From Candidatus Magasanikiibacteriota bacterium (GTDB lineage Bacteria > Patescibacteriota > Patescibacteriia > Magasanikbacterales > UBA922), in assembly GCA_002716765.1 (NCBI GenBank), contig PBBY01000012.1:18321-82320 (forward strand): 64,000 nucleotides of DNA, in the 5' to 3' direction. Shown here piece by piece: positions 1-11,634 of this stretch. The notes beneath the pieces were generated by a model. The model saw nothing but the letters and a program-made list of their open reading frames with translations, ran no database searches and was not told where the DNA came from. Position 1 is the first letter of the stretch; each line of letters starts with the position of its first letter. Position numbers and translations under genes: made by a program.

Positions 1-372
1 ACTATCACAATTTTGTTTTCCGAGCAGTACTGCACCTTGCTGTCTTATTTTTGTAATAACCGTTGCTTCGTGTGGTGGAATATAATTGTCTAAAATAGTA
101 GCTCCTCCGGTAGAGCGAATCCCCTTTACGCAAATAGCATCTTTTACACCAAAAGGAATGCCTGTTAATTGTGTGGCCTTCCCTTTTGCTATCTGCCCAT
201 CTGCATATTTTGCTTCTTCTAGTGCCAATTCTTTTGTTACAGTAATAAATGCATTGATTTCGTCATTTCTTTCGGTGATCCTACCCAAACATGCCTGCGT
301 AAGCTCTACAGAAGAAAATGTTCTGTTGTCCAACCCCTTTCTTGCTTCTTGTATCGTAAGTGTATGTAACAT
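1..372 (-). CDS. gatA: Glutamyl-tRNA(Gln)/aspartyl-tRNA(Asn) amidotransferase subunit A, N-terminal part; the gene runs off the window start
   Basis: Not in the ORF track because there is no stop in the window. My reverse-strand translation from the ATG at 372-370 gives MLHTLTIQEARKGLDNRTFSSVELTQACLGRI...LTGIPFGVKDAICVKGIRSTGGATILDNY. This looks like an amidase-signature GatA N-terminus. It starts 4 nt after the gatC stop, the usual gatCA order. Confidence 0.85.
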   Translation of the reverse strand, partial: MLHTLTIQEARKGLDNRTFSSVELTQACLGRITERNDEINAFITVTKELALEEAKYADGQIAKGKATQLTGIPFGVKDAICVKGIRSTGGATILDNYIPPHEATVITKIRQQGAVLLGKQNCDS

Positions 373-376
373 AGTG

Positions 377-676
377 CTATTTTTTTGAAAATATTTCTGG
401 CACAACAAGTAAATTCTCTGATTTTTGTGGAAATTGATCACAAATGGCTTTTTTTTGTGCTTCGTCGGCATCTTTTGCCACATCTTCTCGTACCACGTCT
501 TCTAATCCAGTAACTTGGCAAGTTTCTTCAACAGAAGATGTATCTACTTCTTGTAATTGGTCGATATATGAAAAAATATTGGACAACTGTGTCGCGTATT
601 GTTCTTTTTGGTCATCTTCTATATGTATTCTTGCCAAATCGGCAATATGTTCTACATCTTGAATTGAAATAGCCAT
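377..676 (-). CDS. gatC: Asp/Glu-tRNA amidotransferase subunit C
   Basis: 99 aa ORF reading MAISIQDVEHIADLARIHIEDDQKEQYATQLSNIFSYIDQLQEVDTS. This is a typical GatC pattern, and the gene sits directly upstream of gatA. Confidence 0.9.
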   Translation of the reverse strand: MAISIQDVEHIADLARIHIEDDQKEQYATQLSNIFSYIDQLQEVDTSSVEETCQVTGLEDVVREDVAKDADEAQKKAICDQFPQKSENLLVVPEIFSKK

Positions 677-741
677 AGGTATTGTCTAAAAGTTACCCGT
701 CTATTGTAACGTATTATATATAGTAACGCAAACACAATATA

Positions 742-3559
<2,818 letters not shown>

Positions 3560-3584
3560 ATCAGTATATCATAGAAAAGACGTA

Positions 3585-3615
3585 TAAAAAAACACCTAGT
3601 TAAGGTGTTTTTTTA
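3585..3615 (-). terminator. Intrinsic terminator downstream of the pilin gene
   Basis: Sequence aaaaaaACACCTagttaAGGTGTttttttt: a 6-bp GC-containing stem flanked by an A-run and a T-run. On the minus strand the hairpin is followed by a U7 run. Confidence 0.7.
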
Positions 3616-3629
3616 TATTAGACACGTCC

Positions 3630-4067
3630 TTATGGTTCGTTTCTTAGTCCAGAAGGTGTTGCCTGAATTGCTCCTGCAAGGCCGTTTGATGAACCTTCTA
3701 GCGTTGCTGTTATTATGTAACTTGTTCCATCAGCAGAAGTGTATGTATATTTTTCGCCTGCTGCCGGACCTACAGGCACTTGCCCAACTATTGGGTCATC
3801 ACAACCAGCAGCATCGAAACCACCGTTTCCTAAACACGTAAATGCTCCTGCACCAAGATTTTGCGCCACTTGTGATTCTGGATATTCTGAGTTTTCTGTA
3901 TAATAAAACTCAAGAGCTGTTTGCATTTGCTTTAAGTCTGCCAAACGTTTTGCATCTCGCGCTTTTTCTCTTGCAGAACCTAATGCAATTACTGCAAGTG
4001 TAGATAAGAGGCCTATAATAGCAATTACCACTAATAACTCAATCAAAGTGAATCCTTTTTTATTCAT
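3630..4067 (-). CDS. Type IV pilin / pseudopilin
   Basis: The N-terminus MNKKGFTLIELLVVIAIIGLLSTLAVIAL is a class III signal (G|FTLIE) with a hydrophobic alpha1 helix. A strong SD (GGGAGGGAGGTGA) lies upstream. Confidence 0.9.
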   Translation of the reverse strand: MNKKGFTLIELLVVIAIIGLLSTLAVIALGSAREKARDAKRLADLKQMQTALEFYYTENSEYPESQVAQNLGAGAFTCLGNGGFDAAGCDDPIVGQVPVGPAAGEKYTYTSADGTSYIITATLEGSSNGLAGAIQATPSGLRNEP

Positions 4068-4119
4068 GCTATTTTCACCTCCCTCCCCTTTTGTTGTATA
4101 AATTTCATAAATAAACTTA

Positions 4120-4500
4120 TTATGAATGTAATACTTTTTTCACTTTATCCACAGTTTCTGATGGCTTAAAGTGCGCCTTAATCAGATAGTCAGCAGCACC
4201 AAGCTTAAGTCCTTTTTCTACATCATCTTTTTGCCCCAAATTGGTAAGTAATACTACAGGAACATCTTTTAGCGCACTATCTGCTTTTAAATGCTGCAAC
4301 ACCGTAAAACCATCCATTTTAGGCAATAGAATATCTAACAAAATCAAATCAGGTTTTTTCTTTTTAGCCTCCTTTAATCCAAGTTCGCCATTTTCTGCCA
4401 CGTTTACACTAAATCCTTCCATTTCGAACTTAGTCTTGTAAATATTTGCTAAAAAACTGTCATCTTCTACAAGAAGTATATAAATATTTTGTTCTACCAT
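4120..4500 (-). CDS. Single-domain response regulator (REC only, CheY-like)
   Basis: The 126 aa protein reads ILLVEDDSFLANIY...PDLILLDILLPKMDGF...LLTNLGQKDD...GAADYLIK. The acidic pocket, phospho-acceptor Asp, and conserved T and K are all present. It has no output domain. Confidence 0.85.
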   Translation of the reverse strand: MVEQNIYILLVEDDSFLANIYKTKFEMEGFSVNVAENGELGLKEAKKKKPDLILLDILLPKMDGFTVLQHLKADSALKDVPVVLLTNLGQKDDVEKGLKLGAADYLIKAHFKPSETVDKVKKVLHS

Positions 4501-4542
4501 AATGTTATTCGTTCAATAATATATATTATATATGAAAAAGTG

Positions 4543-5709
4543 TTATTTCACAATGGTTCTCATTGCCAAACCAATACTTACTGCCATTCTAGGGCCAATA
4601 GTATCCAACACACCTTTTAATCCTTGCTGATACACCACCCTGGCCCACGGATCTCCGACAAACACACTAAGATTAAGCTTCTCTTGTATTGTATCAAGTA
4701 TTGGCGGAAAAAGACAAGTCCCGCCAGTAAGTATAATTTTTTGTATTTTTTTATTTTCCTGCCCAAGCTGCCTGTCGAAAACATCTATACTACTGTGAAT
4801 TTCTTTTACAATTGGATTTATAAGTGGTAAAAATATATTTTTATCTATTTGGTTTTGCCCAGATGCCCGAGATAAATCAATTTTGATTTGCTCAGCTTTT
4901 TGACTATTAACCGCTAAGATCTCTTTAAGATGTTCATCGAACACTTCTCCGCCAATGTGAATACTTCTATGCGTAATCGGGATACTATTATGCATGACAA
5001 AAAAATTAGTTCTTTGTGATCCCAAATCTATAACCAGAATGGTTGACTGATCATGACCAATAAGTGAGCGTTCTATTGCAAAAGCCTCTGTTTCTAACTC
5101 TTCTAGCTCGACTCCCGCTTCCTCAAAAATACTACTATAGAAAGAAACAAGGTTTTTTGGCGCAGCAGTAACTAAAACACGTAAAAATTCATTATTTGTT
5201 TTTTTTGACTCTTGTGGTAAAAGCTGATGCACCACCTGCATGTGCTCTATTGGACGAGGTAGCATTTTTTTTACTTTTGCATGAACATGATGTGCTAAAT
5301 CCTTTTTTTCGACCTGCGGTAAAGTAATAATCGCATGAAACACCTGTGAAACTGGTAAACTCGCTGTAGCACGCCGCGAAGTAACTTTTGCTTGCTTCAT
5401 AATAGTTTTTAAGAGCCTCCCGTACTCTTTTATACGTGGATCTTTTTTTGCAGAAGTAGCTTGTTGTGTTGCGACTATATGTTCCTGTTGCTGTATTTGT
5501 GTGTATGGAGATGGATATAGGTGACTTGGTGAATCCTGATCCTGAGAAAGAATGCCCGATGCTGGAGGATGAATATCTAAGTGTTTACTCAACATACCAT
5601 ATGTCCACAGACACGGCCTTCCTTTTACTTTTTTAATTTCAACAAGCTTAATGCCATCAGCACCAATATCTATTCCCAAATGCCCACCTTTTTTTCCAAA
5701 CAATCCCAT
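4543..5709 (-). CDS. pilM: Type IV pilus assembly protein PilM (actin-like ATPase fold)
   Basis: Starts LGIDIGADGIKLVEIKK, with later ILVIDLGSQRTNF and ILTGGTCLFP motifs of the PilM/FtsA-like family. It carries a Q/S-rich insertion near residue 55-85. Confidence 0.8.
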   Translation of the reverse strand: MGLFGKKGGHLGIDIGADGIKLVEIKKVKGRPCLWTYGMLSKHLDIHPPASGILSQDQDSPSHLYPSPYTQIQQQEHIVATQQATSAKKDPRIKEYGRLLKTIMKQAKVTSRRATASLPVSQVFHAIITLPQVEKKDLAHHVHAKVKKMLPRPIEHMQVVHQLLPQESKKTNNEFLRVLVTAAPKNLVSFYSSIFEEAGVELEELETEAFAIERSLIGHDQSTILVIDLGSQRTNFFVMHNSIPITHRSIHIGGEVFDEHLKEILAVNSQKAEQIKIDLSRASGQNQIDKNIFLPLINPIVKEIHSSIDVFDRQLGQENKKIQKIILTGGTCLFPPILDTIQEKLNLSVFVGDPWARVVYQQGLKGVLDTIGPRMAVSIGLAMRTIVK

Positions 5710-5738
5710 AGATTATGTATTATGTTATCCTAAAATAC

Positions 5739-5746
5739 ATTATACA
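5739..5746 (-). promoter_or_regulatory. Putative extended -10 promoter element for pilM
   Basis: The minus strand reads TGTATAAT (TGnTATAAT) about 30 nt upstream of the pilM ATG, just after the rpoD terminator. I see no good -35 box. Confidence 0.4.
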
Positions 5747-5801
5747 AATTACTTATAGTTAAGTATACCACAAAACAAAAAAAAAGTTTACTCCTATCCA
5801 C

Positions 5802-5832
5802 AAAAAAACACCCGTATCTTGGGTGTTTTTTT
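5802..5832 (-). terminator. Intrinsic terminator downstream of rpoD
   Basis: Sequence aaaaaaACACCCgtatcttGGGTGTtttttt: a 6-bp stem followed by a T-run, 2 nt after the rpoD stop. Confidence 0.7.
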
Positions 5833-5833
5833 A

Positions 5834-7273
5834 TTAGTAATCCTGCAACTTCGCTATCACGTCAAAGTTTTTAATTTTTTCTAATGCTTTAGCTTCAATT
5901 TGACGAATACGTTCTCGGGTTACGTCAAACTCTTTCCCCACCTCTTCTAATGTATGTGTTACCCCATCAGAAAGACCAAAACGCATTTCTAGTATTTTCT
6001 GTTCTCTGGGAGATAGCTGAGATATTGCTTCCTGGATATACTCTTTTACTAACTCTACACCAGCAACATGTGATGGGCTTGCGTTTTTTACATCTTCTAT
6101 AAAATCTGACAATGGAGAATCTTCGTCATCTCCACCAACCGAGGTCTCGATAGAAATAGTATCCTGTGAAATTCTCATTATGTGGTGAATACGTTCAACC
6201 GATTCACCCATTTCTGCAGAGAGCTCTTCTGGAGAAGGGTCTCTTCCTAGATCTTGGAGCAATCGTCTTTGCACCTGTTTAAACCGATTAATAGTCTCTA
6301 CCATATGGACCGGGATACGGATGGTACGAGATTGGTCGGCCAAAGCCCTGGTTATAGCTTGTCGGATCCACCATGTGGCGTATGTAGAAAACTTATACCC
6401 TTTTCTATAATCGAATTTTTTTACCGCACGAAAAAGTCCAATATTTCCTTCTTGGATTAAGTCAAGAAGTGTGAGCTGTTTTCCTACAAAACGTTTTGCA
6501 ATAGAAACAACCAGTCGTAGGTTAGACTCGATCATTTTTTGTTCTGCTATTTTATCTCCTTTTTCTTTTCTTCTTGCTAACTGCACTTCTTGTTCTGCCG
6601 AAAGTAGCGGTATTTTTCCTATTTCACGTAAATACATTTGTATAGAATCTTGTGAAATATCTCCTAAATCAAATGAGATTACATCGCTATCTGGTTGCTT
6701 TCCCTGAAGCGCTGTTAATAGCTCCTCTTCCCCCTCTTTGTTACGATCAAGCAAGCTTGTGCTTTGCTTTTCAACAACTGTTACATTATTCTTGTCGAGC
6801 ATGTCTATAAATGCCTCATAATGTGGAATATAGTGCTCAAGCCTAGAAAAAACACCAAACAATTCTACTTCTGTCAAAAATCCACGCCCTCTTCCTTTTT
6901 CTATAAGGATGCGTAAATCTTCGTGAGTAGGCGCTGCAATAGATTCAGTATGTGCTTTCTGTTTTTTTCGAAAGGTGAGATTTTTCCTTTTTTTATTTTT
7001 TGCTTTTACCACACTCTTTTTGGGTGCAGCAGTCTTCTTTGTTTCTTTTTTCTTTGTATTTTTTTTGACTACCGTTTTTTTTGTCGGCTGTTTTTTTGAC
7101 GCGACTTTTTTTATTGCGCGTGTAATTTTCTTTACTTTTGATGCGGCTTTTTTGGCCCCACTTTTTTTTGTTACGGTCTTCTTCTTTGTGGTGGTTTTTT
7201 TTGTGACTGTTTTTTTACTCCCACGTTTTTTTGGAACCGCACTCTTTTTGATTGTCGCCTTTTTTTTAGGCAT
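5834..7273 (-). CDS. rpoD: Primary RNA polymerase sigma factor (sigma-70 family) with a Lys-rich N-terminal extension
   Basis: Regions 1.2-4.2 are readable: [59 protein letters not shown], and [24 protein letters not shown]. The first ~105 aa are KKxxxKK low complexity. Confidence 0.93.
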   Translation of the reverse strand: MPKKKATIKKSAVPKKRGSKKTVTKKTTTKKKTVTKKSGAKKAASKVKKITRAIKKVASKKQPTKKTVVKKNTKKKETKKTAAPKKSVVKAKNKKRKNLTFRKKQKAHTESIAAPTHEDLRILIEKGRGRGFLTEVELFGVFSRLEHYIPHYEAFIDMLDKNNVTVVEKQSTSLLDRNKEGEEELLTALQGKQPDSDVISFDLGDISQDSIQMYLREIGKIPLLSAEQEVQLARRKEKGDKIAEQKMIESNLRLVVSIAKRFVGKQLTLLDLIQEGNIGLFRAVKKFDYRKGYKFSTYATWWIRQAITRALADQSRTIRIPVHMVETINRFKQVQRRLLQDLGRDPSPEELSAEMGESVERIHHIMRISQDTISIETSVGGDDEDSPLSDFIEDVKNASPSHVAGVELVKEYIQEAISQLSPREQKILEMRFGLSDGVTHTLEEVGKEFDVTRERIRQIEAKALEKIKNFDVIAKLQDY

Positions 7274-7294
7274 GGAACAAAACTAAATAAATAA

Positions 7295-9082
7295 TTATAT
7301 TTCTTGAAACTCTTTTAGTAACTCTTGTAACAAATCCTGATTATTCTGTTTTTCTGCATGTTCTATTTTTTTTTGCAATATATTTCTATATTCTTTTTTC
7401 CACTCAAAAATAAGCAATTTCATAAAAGAATCCAATTCTTTTCGTGCTTTTTCTTCCGAAATACCAGAAAACTCCTCATCGCATTTTAAGAGGAGGATTT
7501 GTACTAATTTTACACTATTGTGGTCTTCTGTTCCTTCACAGAGCGATTGAACAGTAAATAACGTGTTGTTAGTATACCATTGTTTTATAATGCCGTAAAG
7601 TGGCCAATACGTTGAATCTTTGAAGTATTTATCTTGGAAGATATTGTCGATCGAAGATAATACTGGAAAAGTAAGTATTAAGCCTAATATTTTCTCTATA
7701 AACGCATCTTTTCGTGTTAGTTTTACTGGTAGTTTTTGTATTTTTTCTTCTGGTTTTTGTTGTTGAGCATTTCCTTGTTTTTTTTCTTTAGACAAAGTCA
7801 TTTCTTCCCGTAAAACTGCTGACTCTATTCCAAGTCTAAAACTCACCTCTTTTAACCAATGATCTCTTTCTATAGCAAATGGAATGCGTCGAATTTCCGG
7901 TATAAGCTCATTTGCTATATATTGCTTATCTTTTGGATTGGTAATATCTTTTCCAAAAAAAGCCTTATCTACATACCAATTCATTACATCTTGAGCCTGA
8001 TCTACTGCCTGGATCCATACATTTTTATCTTTTGCAATACACTCATCGGGATCTTTACCGGCTCCTTCTGGTATTCTAATAACACGTACATTTAATCCGT
8101 GTTCAATCGCAATATCTATACCTCGTTTTGCCGCTTTTTGACCAGCCTCATCGGCATCAAATGCCATTGCTATGTTTTTTGTATATCGTTTCAATAATAC
8201 AACCTGCTCTTCGGTAAGTGCAGTGCCACTTGATGCCACCACATGTGTTAACCCTGCTTGATGAGAAGAAATAACATCGGTTTGCCCTTCTACGATTACA
8301 GCTAAATTATTCTTTTTTATGGCTTGTTTTGCTACGTGCAACCCAAAAATAAGTCGAGATTTGTCAAATAATTCAGTTTGCGGTGTATTAATATATTTCC
8401 CCCCCTTTCCATCTCCTTCTTTTAGCAATCTTCCAGTAAAGCCGGAAACATGCCCATGTGCATCACAAATAGGAAACAGTATTCTTCCTCTAAATCTATC
8501 ATAAAATCCTCGACCAGAACTACTATTTGCCCCATCTTTTTTAATAGTAAGTCCCGAAGCAATAAGGTCATCTATACTATGTCCTTTTTTGAGTAAATAC
8601 TTGGTAAGCAAATCCCACTGTTCTGGAATGTAGCCTATTTGCCATGTTTCAATAGTGTTTTCTGTTAATCCCCTTTTGTGTAAATATTCTCGTGCTTCTT
8701 TTGAAACATCCATTTTGAGTAAAACATTATGGAAAAAACGTGCAGCCTCTTTGTGAATATCTCGTAAGCGATTCTTTTTGTTTGCATTAATTTTTGACTG
8801 CTTGAATTCAATTTCAATCCCAGCGCGGCTTGCCAAATGTTTTAATGCTTCTACAAATTCCATTCCTTCTATATCTTGTAAAAAGGTAAAAATATCCCCA
8901 CCCTTTGCGCAACCAAAGCAATACCACGCCTGTCGATCTTTGCTTACCATAAAAGACGGTGTGCTTTCATTATGAAATGGGCACAATCCTTTGTGGCTTG
9001 ATCCAGCGGATTTTAATTGAATGTATTCCCCAATAAAATCAACTATATCTATAGCATCTTTAATACGCTGCGTATCGCTCAT
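7295..9082 (-). CDS. dnaG: DNA primase DnaG
   Basis: Has the Zn-ribbon (CPFHNESTPSFMVS...YCFGCAKGGD), a TOPRIM domain (VIVEGQTDVIS...AFDADEAGQKAA) and a C-terminal helical domain. Confidence 0.92.
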   Translation of the reverse strand: MSDTQRIKDAIDIVDFIGEYIQLKSAGSSHKGLCPFHNESTPSFMVSKDRQAWYCFGCAKGGDIFTFLQDIEGMEFVEALKHLASRAGIEIEFKQSKINANKKNRLRDIHKEAARFFHNVLLKMDVSKEAREYLHKRGLTENTIETWQIGYIPEQWDLLTKYLLKKGHSIDDLIASGLTIKKDGANSSSGRGFYDRFRGRILFPICDAHGHVSGFTGRLLKEGDGKGGKYINTPQTELFDKSRLIFGLHVAKQAIKKNNLAVIVEGQTDVISSHQAGLTHVVASSGTALTEEQVVLLKRYTKNIAMAFDADEAGQKAAKRGIDIAIEHGLNVRVIRIPEGAGKDPDECIAKDKNVWIQAVDQAQDVMNWYVDKAFFGKDITNPKDKQYIANELIPEIRRIPFAIERDHWLKEVSFRLGIESAVLREEMTLSKEKKQGNAQQQKPEEKIQKLPVKLTRKDAFIEKILGLILTFPVLSSIDNIFQDKYFKDSTYWPLYGIIKQWYTNNTLFTVQSLCEGTEDHNSVKLVQILLLKCDEEFSGISEEKARKELDSFMKLLIFEWKKEYRNILQKKIEHAEKQNNQDLLQELLKEFQEI

Positions 9083-9137
9083 AATTCTGTATTATATACT
9101 GTCAGAATACCGTAAATTGCGGGCATTAGCAAGACCG

Positions 9138-10133
9138 TTACTGTTTTATCATAATAAGAAATTCCTCAAGAAGTGTTTCTAGCTCGGCAATAGAAGTGAT
9201 TCGAACTAGTTTACCACGCCACTCTTTGATTCCGGGAATTATTGCACCAATTTTTTGTGATTTTACATACCAAGAAAGATGTTTTCTAAACGTCACAATT
9301 CCCCTTTCTCCGTATTGTTCCACATGTTTTTGTGCGTGAGCCATAATAATACGTACACGCTCATTTGGTGTTATTTTTTGTATTGCATGACTATCTTCTG
9401 GAAATGATTTTGCCAAATAAAAAAACCACGGATTTCCAAGTGCACCTCTTGCAATAAGCACACCATCGGCGTTGGTTTGGTCTAACACTTCTTTTACTTG
9501 ATGCGGTTCATGAATATCACCATTTGCCAAAAGTGGCACGGTTGCAATATTTTTGGCTTCTGCAATTCGCGCCCAATCGCTTTTTCCACTATATCCCTGT
9601 GCTTTTGTTCTTCCGTGAATAGTTATAAGCTGTGCACCGGCTTGCTCTACCACAGGAATAAAGGTTTTAAACGTATCTGGATCACTCCATCCAAGTCGAA
9701 TTTTTACACTCAGCGGCGTATTACCAATAGCTGCTTTTACTTCTTTTACTATTTTTGCCGCCAAATCCGCGTCTTTCATTAAGGCACAACCGTTAAAATT
9801 TGAAGTGATTTTATACACCGGACATCCCATATTTATATCTATTCCTTCGGGATTTGCATGTTCCATTACTTTTGCCGCAGCACGCGCCATAGTGGTTGGA
9901 TTGGCACCAAAGATTTGCTGTACAATAGGTCTTTCGGCTTCTACAAAATCCGTCATTCCCAATGTTTTTTCGTTATCTCGTACGATTGCCTCACTACTTA
10001 CCATTTCACGAAACACAATATCTGCACCACCAATTTGGCGTACAATTTGACAAAAAGCAGAGTCGGTCATATCTGCCATTGGCGAAAGCGCATAAATTTT
10101 CTTGTTTTTTTGTATTATATCGTTTATCCACAT
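9138..10133 (-). CDS. dus: tRNA-dihydrouridine synthase
   Basis: Matches the Dus family TIM barrel: LSPMADMTDSAFCQI...DINMGCP...ITIHGRT...SGKSDW. Confidence 0.88.
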   Translation of the reverse strand: MWINDIIQKNKKIYALSPMADMTDSAFCQIVRQIGGADIVFREMVSSEAIVRDNEKTLGMTDFVEAERPIVQQIFGANPTTMARAAAKVMEHANPEGIDINMGCPVYKITSNFNGCALMKDADLAAKIVKEVKAAIGNTPLSVKIRLGWSDPDTFKTFIPVVEQAGAQLITIHGRTKAQGYSGKSDWARIAEAKNIATVPLLANGDIHEPHQVKEVLDQTNADGVLIARGALGNPWFFYLAKSFPEDSHAIQKITPNERVRIIMAHAQKHVEQYGERGIVTFRKHLSWYVKSQKIGAIIPGIKEWRGKLVRITSIAELETLLEEFLIMIKQ

Positions 10134-10207
10134 ATACCCATATTTTAGCTGAGATAAGACAAAAAATCAAGTGTTTTTTGCTTTTACACCTGTTTTTTCT
10201 TACATTA

Positions 10208-10236
10208 TTGACAAATGGCAAAAATTGTGCTAAAAT
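10208..10236 (+). promoter_or_regulatory. Sigma70-type promoter for the repeat lipoprotein gene
   Basis: TTGACA (10208-10213), a 17-nt spacer, then TAAAAT (10231-10236) preceded by TGc (extended -10). An AAGGAG SD sits at 10298-10303, 7 nt before the ATG at 10311. Confidence 0.65.
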
Positions 10237-10310
10237 AACCTGTTAATTGATCTTTACAACGTGCCAACGTATTTACGCTTGGTATTTAAAGGAAAGAAAG
10301 GAGCATTATA

Positions 10311-11570
10311 ATGATGCCACTCTTTTATGTTTTATTTTTTCTATTCTGCGTATCGTGCGCAGGAGCCCCTCATCCACCAACAACACCGCAAGAGCTTGTA
10401 ATCCTACAAACACTTGGTGTTTTAACAAAAGGAATACAAAATAATGATACTGGCTTCGTTTTCTGTGGTGAAAAAGGCACGAATGACGAATTTACGAAAT
10501 CAACACTCATTATTGCAGCCGCCAAAATTCTTCGAAAAAGCCATGCAAGTATCAAACAAAGAAGGTATGACACCGAAAAAGTAACTTTTGCAAAAAACGG
10601 CCAGAAAGCCTGTATTCTCCTTCCGATCAAGACTATAAAAACAGCACTCCAGCAAGTAAATGCAACTAAAACAGGACTTCAAAAAGACGGGAGTTTTGTT
10701 GAGTGCACCATTAAAAAGGGCCAGCCACACAATCAAAGAGAAGTGGCAGCAGCGGCTCTTGCAAGTAGTGGACTAAGTGAAAAGGGCTTCATTAAAGAGG
10801 CTGAAACAAGAAAGAACAAAGTAGGAAGCCTAGGTGCAAAATCTTGCGCCAGAGTCTTTCCACGAGACCCAAAGACAGCACTTGAAGATATTGGTGTAAC
10901 AGTAGCTGGAGTTCAAAAAGACAATAGCTTTGTTACCTGCAAAGTGGCCGGCGAAGACTTTCAAAAGTCAGTTGATAAACTGCAGAAATTGGTGGCAAAA
11001 CATTTTTACAAAAGTGGAAGATATGATGAACGAATGGCAAAGGAGTTAACCATAACATCCTCGACCAACCGCGGAAAAGACAAACAAGTATGTCTAAGAG
11101 TTCGGCGTAAGATTCACTATGATGCAATCAGTCAACTAGGTGCAGAAGAAGTTGGTACCCAAGAGGATGGCACGTTTATTGCATGCAAAGTAATAGCGTC
11201 TGACACTTTTACAAAGACCAAGAACGCGGTCAAAGCATCAATAAAAGAAACTCTTAATGTTGGTGGATTCTTTACGGTTGAATTCTCGGAAGAATTTATT
11301 TCTACAAACAACAAGCACAAAAGTGTTTGTGGTAGAGGAACCAAGACACCTGCAATCCTTTCAGCTTTAGAGGTTTTAAAAACTGGCTTATCTGGCAATA
11401 GTTTTGTAACATGTAGAAATCTTTCTAAAAGCGAGGAGGTCCAAAAAACATTAGCACTAAATAGCTTGATAATTCGCAAAATGCTCTTTAACGAAGGTTC
11501 AGGTAAGTTTTCATATAAGATTGCAAAAAACAGTACGCAAAGGTGTGTTAAAGTAACGTACACGCCTTAG
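10311..11570 (+). CDS. Secreted or lipid-anchored protein built of five ~78-aa Cys-paired repeats; unknown family
   Basis: Has a hydrophobic N-terminus ending in Cys (LFFLFCVSCAG). Five repeats each contain G-x-Q-x-D/N-G/S-F-V/I-x-C plus a second Cys about 50 aa later. It has its own promoter, SD and terminator. Confidence 0.7.
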   Translation: MMPLFYVLFFLFCVSCAGAPHPPTTPQELVILQTLGVLTKGIQNNDTGFVFCGEKGTNDEFTKSTLIIAAAKILRKSHASIKQRRYDTEKVTFAKNGQKACILLPIKTIKTALQQVNATKTGLQKDGSFVECTIKKGQPHNQREVAAAALASSGLSEKGFIKEAETRKNKVGSLGAKSCARVFPRDPKTALEDIGVTVAGVQKDNSFVTCKVAGEDFQKSVDKLQKLVAKHFYKSGRYDERMAKELTITSSTNRGKDKQVCLRVRRKIHYDAISQLGAEEVGTQEDGTFIACKVIASDTFTKTKNAVKASIKETLNVGGFFTVEFSEEFISTNNKHKSVCGRGTKTPAILSALEVLKTGLSGNSFVTCRNLSKSEEVQKTLALNSLIIRKMLFNEGSGKFSYKIAKNSTQRCVKVTYTP

Positions 11571-11605
11571 ACTTTTTTGTTCCTTTCCCGCTCTTTCACT
11601 ATAGC

Positions 11606-11632
11606 AGAGTCGCCTTTACGGTGACTCTTTTC
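11606..11632 (+). terminator. Intrinsic terminator after the repeat-protein gene (convergent junction)
   Basis: Sequence AGAGTCGCCtttacGGTGACTCTttt: a 9-bp stem with one G-U pair, followed by a short T-run. Confidence 0.5.
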
Positions 11633-11634
11633 AT

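Noticed and set aside
86-388. 100-aa plus-strand ORF at the window start.
   Set aside because: It is antisense to a clear GatA N-terminus on the minus strand.
6975-7286. 103-aa Phe-rich plus-strand ORF ([17 protein letters not shown]…).
   Set aside because: It is the antisense shadow of the Lys-rich (AAA/AAG) N-terminus of rpoD, and is a low-complexity artefact.
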